Shown here in pieces: positions 5,787 to 12,472 of a stretch of 12,472 nt of DNA (the stretch's first letter is position 1; every line of letters begins with the position of its first letter). The translations under genes were made by a program, and so were the position numbers. The notes beneath the pieces are model-generated. The model saw only the letters and a list, made by a program, of their open reading frames with translations, was not told the origin of the DNA and searched no databases. The DNA lies in the IMG/VR virus record IMGVR_UViG_3300037421_000106. One strand, written 5' to 3'. Source of the DNA: a virus (lineage: Duplodnaviria > Heunggongvirae > Uroviricota > Caudoviricetes).

Positions 5787-6643
5787 ACGATCTATGTGAA
5801 GGCGGCGATCTGCGAGAGGGGGGTCAATGGCCGCTAGCTTTCAACGGCGAGAACGGAGAATTCTGGTATGCGGAGTACATCACGTTAGCGCGCTCGAACA
5901 TAGACGCACTGATGATGCAGTACGGGTGCGCAACGAGCTCCAGACCATGCTTGAAGCAAGCCGAATCGCCCACGACGCCTGCACCGGCCGAATTGCTGCT
6001 GTCTCCGAAGACATCGGACAGCTCGACGAACTACTCGGACAAAGTGTCGGACTTCTTGAGCAAGGTCAAGCAGAGGTCACAAGGCTCCGCAGCGAAAACG
6101 AGCGCCTCGCAGGCCAGATCCGCGAAAGCATCAGGTTCTGAACATTTCATAGCCGATGCATGCAAACATGCCCATTCAGGATTGCGCTACGTGAGTGATA
6201 TGTATTGTGTAGAATGCCGCATAATCAGGAACCGAAATCAACGTCCCCGAGATCGTGCGCAATATCAAAAAGAATATAGAGCAACATGCGATGCCAAAGC
6301 ATGTGAGCGCCTTAGAAATGTTAAAAGGCGGCATGACGATTTCATAATGTCTATCATGTACAACATTCGAGTTCGTTGTAAACAAAAAGCTATTCCGTAC
6401 AATTTAAGTCGAGAAGATTTCGCGTCGGTACCGGATCTTTGTCCGATATTAGGTATTCCTTTAATAATCGGAGCAGGTAAAAATCATCCTAATCTTCCTA
6501 GCATAGATAGAATTCGTCCATATTTGGGCTATGTAGTTGGAAATATCAGGTGGATTTCATTACGAGCTAATACGCTTAAACGTGATGCCACCGCTGCGGA
6601 GTTGCAAATGGTGGCCGATGATGCTAAGAAATTAGGCTATTGA
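5783..6643 (+). CDS. HNH/His-Me finger endonuclease (homing-endonuclease-like) with a 122-aa N-terminal extension of doubtful origin
   Basis: The C-terminal part shows CKHAH...RYVS..CVEC (Zn module) and CPILGIPL...PSIDRI.P.LGYVVGNIRWISLRANTLK (beta-beta-alpha-metal core). DNA from about 6140 to 6640 is visibly AT-rich. AGGAG SD precedes 5783. Confidence 0.75.
   Translation: MNDLCEGGDLREGGQWPLAFNGENGEFWYAEYITLARSNIDALMMQYGCATSSRPCLKQAESPTTPAPAELLLSPKTSDSSTNYSDKVSDFLSKVKQRSQGSAAKTSASQARSAKASGSEHFIADACKHAHSGLRYVSDMYCVECRIIRNRNQRPRDRAQYQKEYRATCDAKACERLRNVKRRHDDFIMSIMYNIRVRCKQKAIPYNLSREDFASVPDLCPILGIPLIIGAGKNHPNLPSIDRIRPYLGYVVGNIRWISLRANTLKRDATAAELQMVADDAKKLGY
5827..6141 (+). CDS. Coiled-coil protein nested in another frame of 5783..6643 (only the ~5926-6141 part looks natively coding)
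   Basis: ELQTMLEAS...LDELLGQSVGLLEQGQAEVTRLRSENERLAGQI has heptad character. GAGAGGGGGG lies upstream of ATG 5827. Confidence 0.5.
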   Translation: MAASFQRRERRILVCGVHHVSALEHRRTDDAVRVRNELQTMLEASRIAHDACTGRIAAVSEDIGQLDELLGQSVGLLEQGQAEVTRLRSENERLAGQIRESIRF

Positions 6644-6668
6644 CGAACCCGTCATTTCGTGTCAGAAT
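6640..6668 (+). promoter_or_regulatory. Promoter/operator element, copy 1
   Basis: TTGACG, 17 nt, CAGAAT with extended TG. It contains TTGAC-N6-GTCAT, and the -35 contains the HNH stop TGA (6641-6643). Confidence 0.65.
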
Positions 6669-6693
6669 TGGCCAACTTCCTAGGAGATCACAC

Positions 6694-7845
6694 GTGGGCA
6701 TGAAGATCATTCTGACTGGCGATGATGCGCGGGAGTACCTCGCGTGGGTGCAACCGACGCAACGGGAACGTTCGGCGAAACGGCTTTTCGAGCATCTGGC
6801 CGACGAACAAATCCAGACCGGGTCGACCGCCGAATTGCAGAAGGAAATCGATGCCCATTGGGCGGCGAAAGGTGTGCGATCGGAAGAGATTCTGACCAGC
6901 CCCGAAGATGCTGCCCGCATTCTGGCGGAAATGGGTGCCCCCGTGCCTGTGACGCTGGTCGGCGCAGATCCCACGGGTGAAACGGATTGCACGGCAGCAT
7001 TCCAGGCAGCAGTCGATGCACTGCCGCAAAACGCGTCCGTCGAGCTCGATACCGCGGCGCTGTTTGGCGGTCAGCCGCCGGGCAATCACGAGGAACGATT
7101 CCCCGTAACGGCCGTCGTAACCGACAACGCCGTAGGGCAGGCGCTCGCGCAAAAGCTTCAAGCTGCAGGTGTACCGACCGTAACTGCACCCCCGGGACCC
7201 CCAGCCATCGTGGCTATCGCGCCGACGCTGGACAAAGACGGTTTCCCCTGGGATCAACGCATCCACTCGGGCTCGAAAGCGATCAACAAAGACGGCACGT
7301 GGCGCACCAAGAAGAATCTGGATCCGGCCACGCTGGCTGTCGTCACGGCTGAACTCAAACAACTAATGGGTATCCCTTCGCCGGTCGCCTCGACCAACAT
7401 CCCGCAGCCTCCCACCAACGCGGCGCCGGCACCATTCCAACCTCCCGTGGGTCCTGCCGCGGTTGTGGGTGATGCGGCGGCTGCGTTTGCTGCCAAGCAA
7501 ATTCCGCTCATTCCGCCGGTTCCCGCTGTCCCTTTTGCCCCTGCGGTTCCGGTTCCCCCGCCATCTGGTGCCGCGCCTATCACGAGCTCCGTCCAGGAGA
7601 ACTCGGCGGTGTTGCCGTTGCCGCCTACCACTGCGATCACTGCATCCCTTTCTAATACTCCGCCCACGCTGTCATTCGGTGAGCTCATCTTCAAGGTCAG
7701 CCAGGGTGTTGCACAGGGCACGCTGACGGATGCCAGGGTGACAGAAGTGTGTGCGAAGCATGGCCTGCCCGGCGGACAGATCGTGCTGATCGGATCGCGG
7801 CCGGATCTGATTCCGCAAGTTGCCAAAGACCTGGGGCTGATGTGA
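6694..7845 (+). CDS. Conserved phage protein with a PWDxRIH motif and Pro/Ala-rich linkers (DUF2800 neighbour)
   Basis: DKDGFPWDQRIHSGSKAINKDGTWRTKKNLD and the C-terminal ...RPDLIPQVAKDL are patterns I recall from genes upstream of DUF2800 nucleases. The start is GTG 6694 (AGGAG 7 nt upstream) or ATG 6700. Confidence 0.65.
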   Translation: MGMKIILTGDDAREYLAWVQPTQRERSAKRLFEHLADEQIQTGSTAELQKEIDAHWAAKGVRSEEILTSPEDAARILAEMGAPVPVTLVGADPTGETDCTAAFQAAVDALPQNASVELDTAALFGGQPPGNHEERFPVTAVVTDNAVGQALAQKLQAAGVPTVTAPPGPPAIVAIAPTLDKDGFPWDQRIHSGSKAINKDGTWRTKKNLDPATLAVVTAELKQLMGIPSPVASTNIPQPPTNAAPAPFQPPVGPAAVVGDAAAAFAAKQIPLIPPVPAVPFAPAVPVPPPSGAAPITSSVQENSAVLPLPPTTAITASLSNTPPTLSFGELIFKVSQGVAQGTLTDARVTEVCAKHGLPGGQIVLIGSRPDLIPQVAKDLGLM

Positions 7846-8987
7846 CCATTGCCGACCACGCAGAGCACGCACCCTCCTCGATCTCGCGGATCATTCAATG
7901 CCCGGGATCGAGGAAGTTGTGTAAGCAATTCCCGGGTGTCGTTCTCGACGGCACCCGGGAAGCTGCGATCGAGGGTGAAACCGGGCACTGGGTCGCGGCA
8001 CGCACTGCCCGCGGCGAACTCACGCCACTCGGAACGATCTGTCCGACTACGAGCCTACCGGTCACCGAGGAAATGATCGAAGGCGCCGAGCTCTGGGCGG
8101 AAACGATCGGCACTCCGCAGCATATCGAAGAGCGTCTGCCGCCGAGCGAAGAATTCGGCCCAAATTGTTGGGGCACGCCCGACTCATGGAAGTTCGGGCC
8201 CGAGCAATGGCCTGAGGGTTTCACGTACACGCTTCGCGTGTCGGACTACAAGTTCGGCCATCGTTACGTGGACGTCTTCGAGAATTGGCAGCTGGTCTGC
8301 TATGCATGCCTGATCATCGATGGCGTCCTGCGACTGAATGGTCTGCAGGACCAGGCCGTCAAATGCGTGTTCGACATCGTGCAGCCGCGTAATTTCACGC
8401 CCGAGGGACCCGTGCGCACGTGGTCATGCATGGCGTCCGATTTGCGTCCGTTGCGCAACCGAATCAAGGCAGCAATTGCCGCCTCGGAGAAGGATGACGC
8501 ACCGTGCGTGGTTGGATACGAATGCCGAGATTGCAGCGCTCGCGCGCATTGCGGCACTCTGCAGCGCGCCGCCATGTCTGCGATCGAGGAGTCGACCAAG
8601 ATCACGCCGCTGGTGCTGAAGCCCGAGGCGCTTGGCCTGGAGCTTCGCATGCTGGAGCGCGCAGGAATGCTGATCAAGGCGCGCGCGGCCGGTCTGCGTG
8701 AAGTGGCCATGGAAACCATCACCAGCGGTGTGATGGTACCGGGCTTTCGGACGGAAACCGGCCTGGGCCGCCAGCGCTGGAAAGTGCCGATGCCGCAGGT
8801 TGTGGCGCTCGAAGCGGTCATCGGCAAGAAGTTGACCGAGCCGAAGGCCGTCACTCCGAAGCAGGCCATCAAACTCGGCGTGCCCGAAGAAGTCGTGGCC
8901 ATGTTCAGCGAGACGCCGAACGGGGAAACCCGATTGGTAGAGGATGACAGCACGTTGACCCGTCGCATTTTTGGCGGTGCGCGTTGA
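7842..8987 (+). CDS. DUF2800-like / Cas4-like PD-(D/E)XK exonuclease
   Basis: HAPSSISRIIQCPGS, EG..GH, WGTPD, SDYKFG, NWQLVCYA, IVQPR and ECRDCSARAHC (Fe-S-type Cys) are present. The GTG start at 7842 overlaps the upstream TGA. Confidence 0.85.
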   Translation: MTIADHAEHAPSSISRIIQCPGSRKLCKQFPGVVLDGTREAAIEGETGHWVAARTARGELTPLGTICPTTSLPVTEEMIEGAELWAETIGTPQHIEERLPPSEEFGPNCWGTPDSWKFGPEQWPEGFTYTLRVSDYKFGHRYVDVFENWQLVCYACLIIDGVLRLNGLQDQAVKCVFDIVQPRNFTPEGPVRTWSCMASDLRPLRNRIKAAIAASEKDDAPCVVGYECRDCSARAHCGTLQRAAMSAIEESTKITPLVLKPEALGLELRMLERAGMLIKARAAGLREVAMETITSGVMVPGFRTETGLGRQRWKVPMPQVVALEAVIGKKLTEPKAVTPKQAIKLGVPEEVVAMFSETPNGETRLVEDDSTLTRRIFGGAR

Positions 8988-9898
8988 TTTACGTCGTGCC
9001 GGTAAGCGGCGGCAAGGATAGTCAAGCATGCGTGAAATACGCGCTTGAGCGACATGCTCACGAGCGGCATCGTCTTCGATTCGTGCATCAGAACACGGGT
9101 TACGATCACCCCGACACGTATGCCCATTTGAAAGTTATGGAACAGCATTATGGTATCGCGATTGAAGATTGCAAGGCTGAAGAATATTTCGAAAGCGATA
9201 ATCGTTTTGAGAACGGCGTATTCGCTGTCGTGAAATCTGCCGGCTATTTTCCAAATACTATCGCTCGCAATTGTACTTCTACGCTTAAACAAAAACCATT
9301 TGGAGATTGGCTGGTCACACAAGCCCATGCTCTCGGTAAATTGAATTTGGTAAATAAGCGTATTAAAATTGCATCACAAACAATTTGGATTTACATGGGT
9401 ATGCGGGCAGATGAATCCAACGATAGAAAAACAAAATACGGAGATCTTGATGACGACTCATTCATTCCATTGAATCAACTTTCAACTAAATACGACGAAA
9501 CTTTTGAAAATGTTCTAGTTCAATTGCCATTAGTCCACAAGACTAAAGATGAAGTGTTTGCAATGCTTAAAGGGGACCCTATCAATCCGTTGTATTCAAA
9601 AGGTGCTAAACGAGTTGGATGTTTCCCATGTCTTCTTGCCGGGCGTGAAGATTGGGATATGGCCCGAAAAGACCCCGAAGGACTTAAACACATTGATCGT
9701 CTTCTCGAACTCGAACGCGACTTTGAAAAAAATGGCAGCTTCAAAAAGAACGGCGAGTCTCGAAAGCTGATTAAAATTCATACGAGTCGAGATGTGGCAC
9801 ATTGGCGGCAGACGGGGGAATGGCGAAATCTTAAAGATCGTCCGCCTGAAGAGAAAATGTCTGAATGCGGATGGTGTCAAACTGAGAGCGAAAATTGA
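8984..9898 (+). CDS. PAPS-reductase-like PP-loop protein (DndC/SspD/IbrA superfamily)
   Basis: VVPVSGGKDS (PP-loop), NTGYDHPDTY, RNCT..LK..P, GMRADES..R, NPLY..G..RVGCFPC and the C-terminal ECGWC are present. The gene is markedly AT-rich and starts with TTG overlapping the upstream TGA. Confidence 0.88.
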   Translation: MIYVVPVSGGKDSQACVKYALERHAHERHRLRFVHQNTGYDHPDTYAHLKVMEQHYGIAIEDCKAEEYFESDNRFENGVFAVVKSAGYFPNTIARNCTSTLKQKPFGDWLVTQAHALGKLNLVNKRIKIASQTIWIYMGMRADESNDRKTKYGDLDDDSFIPLNQLSTKYDETFENVLVQLPLVHKTKDEVFAMLKGDPINPLYSKGAKRVGCFPCLLAGREDWDMARKDPEGLKHIDRLLELERDFEKNGSFKKNGESRKLIKIHTSRDVAHWRQTGEWRNLKDRPPEEKMSECGWCQTESEN

Positions 9899-10221
9899 AA
9901 ACCGCGCAATGCGAAACCTATTGGGCCCGCATTTATATTGCAGGGCCTGTCGAGATTGCCAAACAGATTCTCCGTGAGGAATGCCTGCGCGAAGGCCTCT
10001 GCGTGACGATCGAACCTACCACATTCATCTATACCGGCGGCGAAGAGAGCGGTTACGTGGTTGGTCTGATTAACTATCCGCGCTTTCCGGCGTCTTTCGA
10101 ATCCCTGGATACCAGGGCGCGCAAAGTCATGAATTTGCTGCTGGAAAATACCTTTCAGCATTCTGCGTTGTTTATGACCCCGGTTTCCACTGAATGGATA
10201 ACCAAACGAGAAAGTAATTAA
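9895..10221 (+). CDS. Conserved phage hypothetical protein (IYIAG...GLCVT...FIYTGGEE.G..VGLINYPRFP)
   Basis: I recognise the motif string as a recurrent phage family of unknown function. It has a TTGA overlap with the PAPS-reductase-like gene. Confidence 0.75.
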   Translation: MKTAQCETYWARIYIAGPVEIAKQILREECLREGLCVTIEPTTFIYTGGEESGYVVGLINYPRFPASFESLDTRARKVMNLLLENTFQHSALFMTPVSTEWITKRESN

Positions 10222-10246
10222 CACGACCGTCAATAAGTGGTATATT
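10218..10246 (+). promoter_or_regulatory. Promoter/operator element, copy 2
   Basis: TTAACA, 17 nt, TATATT with extended TG. It contains TTAAC-N6-GTCAA, and the -35 contains the stop TAA (10219-10221) of the upstream gene. Confidence 0.65.
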
Positions 10247-10282
10247 TGACGAATCGATTTTCCACTACTAGGAGATTTCACT

Positions 10283-11191
10283 GTGATCAAGCGTCAGATC
10301 GTGTTGGTTACTCCGAAGCTGGCTACCGAATGGCTTGGGTACAATTCGGACAATCGAAAAGTCAACAATTCTAAGGTTGCGCAATATTCTGCCGACATGC
10401 GTGCCGGAAATTGGGGCTATTGCGACACATCGATAGTATTCCTCGATACGGGCAAATTGGCAAGCGGCCAACATCGGTTGCTTGCCGTGATTGCGTCCGG
10501 AGTGTCGATTGAATTTCAGGTGGTTCGCGGCGTGGCCCCCGAATATGCCGCGAACATCGACCGCCTGTACGGGCGAAGCGATGTCGACAATGCTCGCATG
10601 ACAGGGCTCGATCCTGATTTGGATCGATTCACAATGACCTTGTCACTCGCGATTTTCAGCGGAGACACCAAAGGCGGCGTTCTCGGAGACAATGTCACTA
10701 TGCGTCCCACCGACTCTGAAAAATACGAAATGCGGGCCTCGGTTCGTAAGGCCGTCGAATGGACCATTGAACACGGACCCAAGGGGCGCTCGCTGAAGAA
10801 TGCGGTGGTTTATGCTGCAATCGCGCGTGCATGGATGAACGGCGTCGAAGAATATCGACTGCTGAGTTTCATCAACATCATTCAAAATCCACATCTGTCG
10901 GAAGGTGCAAGACATTCGGCGGCTGTCCTGCTCTTCAAGCATTTCGCCGTGAACAAGGCGTCATCGGATCCGCGGGGTAATTTCCTTCGTACGCAGAATA
11001 TGATCCGAGCCTTCGTAGCCGAGCGTTCCCGCGACATCGTCACGAAGCTCTCCGAAGAACCGTATCCGCTTCCCGCCGCGCAGATGATTCTGGTTCGAAA
11101 AATCAAAGAAAATCATAATACGCGTACAATTGTCGCCAAACCGTCGAAACGCGACGGCGCGTTTAAAGAGCTCGATAGTATTCGGGCTTGA
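10283..11191 (+). CDS. ParB/Srx-like DGQHR-family protein (SGQHR variant)
   Basis: VTPKLATEWLGYN..NR......V..Y..DM..G.W......I.F...G.L.SGQHRLLAVIASG....F.V..G is the typical N-terminal domain of this family. AGGAG SD precedes the GTG start. Confidence 0.75.
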   Translation: MIKRQIVLVTPKLATEWLGYNSDNRKVNNSKVAQYSADMRAGNWGYCDTSIVFLDTGKLASGQHRLLAVIASGVSIEFQVVRGVAPEYAANIDRLYGRSDVDNARMTGLDPDLDRFTMTLSLAIFSGDTKGGVLGDNVTMRPTDSEKYEMRASVRKAVEWTIEHGPKGRSLKNAVVYAAIARAWMNGVEEYRLLSFINIIQNPHLSEGARHSAAVLLFKHFAVNKASSDPRGNFLRTQNMIRAFVAERSRDIVTKLSEEPYPLPAAQMILVRKIKENHNTRTIVAKPSKRDGAFKELDSIRA

Positions 11192-11215
11192 CATTCCCGT
11201 CAATAGTGGTACAAT
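11188..11215 (+). promoter_or_regulatory. Promoter/operator element, copy 3
   Basis: TTGACA, 16 nt, TACAAT with extended TG. It contains the perfect TTGAC-N6-GTCAA, and the -35 contains the stop TGA (11189-11191) of the upstream gene. Confidence 0.72.
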
Positions 11216-11241
11216 TCATCACCCTCAACAGGAGCATTTGA

Positions 11242-11433
11242 ATGAATGTCGGCGATATCGTTAAATTGAAATCAGGCGGCCCGAGTATGACCGTGGACGC
11301 GATCGGACCGGATCTTGACAATGGCGACGAAACTGTCGCATTTTGCCAATGGTTCGGCAGCAGCATCGGGCCCGCTGGGTTGTACAGCGACACATTCAAT
11401 GTTAAAACTCTGACGATTCAGGAGAAGCAATAA
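11242..11433 (+). CDS. YodC / DUF2158 family protein
   Basis: GDIVKLKSGGPSMTV...CQWF...F....L is the DUF2158 signature. AGGAG SD is present and the stop forms a TAATG overlap with the SSB gene. Confidence 0.85.
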   Translation: MNVGDIVKLKSGGPSMTVDAIGPDLDNGDETVAFCQWFGSSIGPAGLYSDTFNVKTLTIQEKQ

Positions 11434-12362
11434 TGGCAAACGAGAAAGTCCGAATCCTCACCCCCAAGCAGCCGATCGGTCGCCTGGTCGGCGGTTCCGT
11501 GTCGAAGGCGCGGGACAAAGACGCCGACGGCAAGCCGTACACGATCAAGACCGGTCCGAATGCCGGTCAGCCGACGGTCAAGTACTACATCGCGCTCGCC
11601 ATCCCGAAGCAGGGTGAGGCGCATTGGGCGTCCACGGAATGGGGCGCGAAGGTGTGGCAAGTCGGTCACACGGCGTTTCCGGGCGTCGCCCAGAACCCGA
11701 CGTTCGCCTGGAAGATCGAAGACGGCGACAGCACGATTCCGAACACTAAGGGTAAGACTAACGCCTCGAACCCGAATCTGCGCGGATGTTGGGTCCTGCA
11801 CATGACGACGTCGCTGCCGATCAAGGCATGCAACGCCGACGGAAGTGCGGCGATCAATCCCGAGCAGATCAAGTGCGGGTACTACGTCCAGGTCTCGATC
11901 ATGTGCCAGGGCAACAGCAGCACGCAGAAACCGGGCGTGTATCTGAATCCCGAGGCCGTGGCGTTGGCCGGGATCGGCGAGGAGATCGTTCAGGGTCTGG
12001 ACACGGCGGCTGTCGGTTTCGGCGGTGGCGTCCTGCCCGCGGGCGCAAGCGCCCCTCCGAACCTGCTGACCGGTGCGCCAGCTGCCCCTGCAGCCCCTGG
12101 CGTGGCTGTTCCGACCCCTGCGGCCTACGTTCCGCCGGTTACGGTCGCAGCAGCCCCGCCCCCGCCCAATGTGGCGATCCTGGCCCCGCCGCCGGTTCCG
12201 GGCGTTGCCGTGGCACCTCCGGCTCCGCCAGCGCCCCCTGCGCCTCCTGCAGCCCCAGTGGGCCCGCAGCTGACGGCAAAAGCGGCAGGTTTCACATACG
12301 CGCAATTGATTGGCGCGGGATGGACAGACGCCACGTTGCGTCAGAACGGCATGATGGTTTAA
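11433..12362 (+). CDS. Phage ssDNA-binding protein (DUF2815-like OB fold) with a Pro/Ala-rich tail
   Basis: GRLVGGSV, FAWKIEDGD, GCWVLHMTT, IKCGYYV.V and PGVYLNP match SSBs of DUF2800-associated modules. The long PA-rich tail ends in QLTAKAAGFTYAQLIGAGWTDATLRQNGMM. Confidence 0.78.
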   Translation: MANEKVRILTPKQPIGRLVGGSVSKARDKDADGKPYTIKTGPNAGQPTVKYYIALAIPKQGEAHWASTEWGAKVWQVGHTAFPGVAQNPTFAWKIEDGDSTIPNTKGKTNASNPNLRGCWVLHMTTSLPIKACNADGSAAINPEQIKCGYYVQVSIMCQGNSSTQKPGVYLNPEAVALAGIGEEIVQGLDTAAVGFGGGVLPAGASAPPNLLTGAPAAPAAPGVAVPTPAAYVPPVTVAAAPPPPNVAILAPPPVPGVAVAPPAPPAPPAPPAAPVGPQLTAKAAGFTYAQLIGAGWTDATLRQNGMMV

Positions 12363-12388
12363 AACGCAGCCTCCATTGATCGGGAGGC

Positions 12389-12413
12389 CTCGGGTGGGTT
12401 ATCACCCGAGTTT
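12389..12413 (+). terminator. Possible intrinsic terminator (weak U tract) within a hairpin cluster
   Basis: The stem CTCGGGTG/CACCCGAG (8 bp, 6-nt loop) is followed by only TTT, 27 nt after the SSB stop. Confidence 0.35.
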
Positions 12414-12472
12414 CCCCTGGCGCGGTCCAACACGCCGCAGATATTCCGTCCATGGAATGTCGGCCGTTAAAG

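Noticed and set aside
7842-8987. Cas4-like nuclease as evidence of a CRISPR locus
   Set aside because: There is no repeat-spacer array or other cas gene. DUF2800-type nucleases are standard phage recombination/replication genes.
7254-9328. Antisense ORFs 7254..7988 (244 aa) and 8300..9328 (342 aa)
   Set aside because: They lie opposite well-supported genes in the frame that GC-rich third positions tend to keep open, and they have no recognisable motifs.
12040-12270. GCCCC/CCGCC-rich quasi-repeats in the SSB tail (and similar ones at 7380-7630)
   Set aside because: They are explained by Pro/Ala codons in low-complexity linkers and have no fixed DNA period.
12389-12430. tRNA-like appearance of the downstream hairpins
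   Set aside because: There is no T-loop (GTTCRA), D-loop consensus or acceptor-stem pairing.

Overview
GC-rich dsDNA phage or prophage region covering DNA metabolism and early genes, with two divergent, tightly translationally coupled operons that meet at about 4340-4424. Leftward operon (- strand): XRE-type HTH regulator, beta-class SPPY DNA methyltransferase, two small ORFs, a T7 gp4/DnaB-like SF4 helicase without a primase domain, a replication initiator with internal iteron-like repeats, a PD-(D/E)XK VRR-NUC-like nuclease, a small Zn-binding protein and a small membrane protein. Rightward operon (+ strand): small hypothetical genes, an AT-rich HNH/His-Me-finger endonuclease, a Pro/Ala-rich PWDxRIH protein, a DUF2800-like Cas4-type nuclease, an AT-rich PAPS-reductase-like enzyme with a coupled partner, a ParB/DGQHR-like protein (SGQHR variant), a YodC/DUF2158 protein and a DUF2815-like ssDNA-binding protein. 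The most notable non-coding signal is a repeated promoter/operator element (TTGAC-N6-GTCA, then extended -10) at 6640, 10218 and 11188. In all three copies the -35 box contains the stop codon of the upstream gene. Other points of interest are an apparent frame switch or dual coding upstream of the HNH gene, a structured 5' leader on the replication operon, and a hairpin cluster after the SSB gene. All family calls come from motif recognition by eye; no database searches were run.
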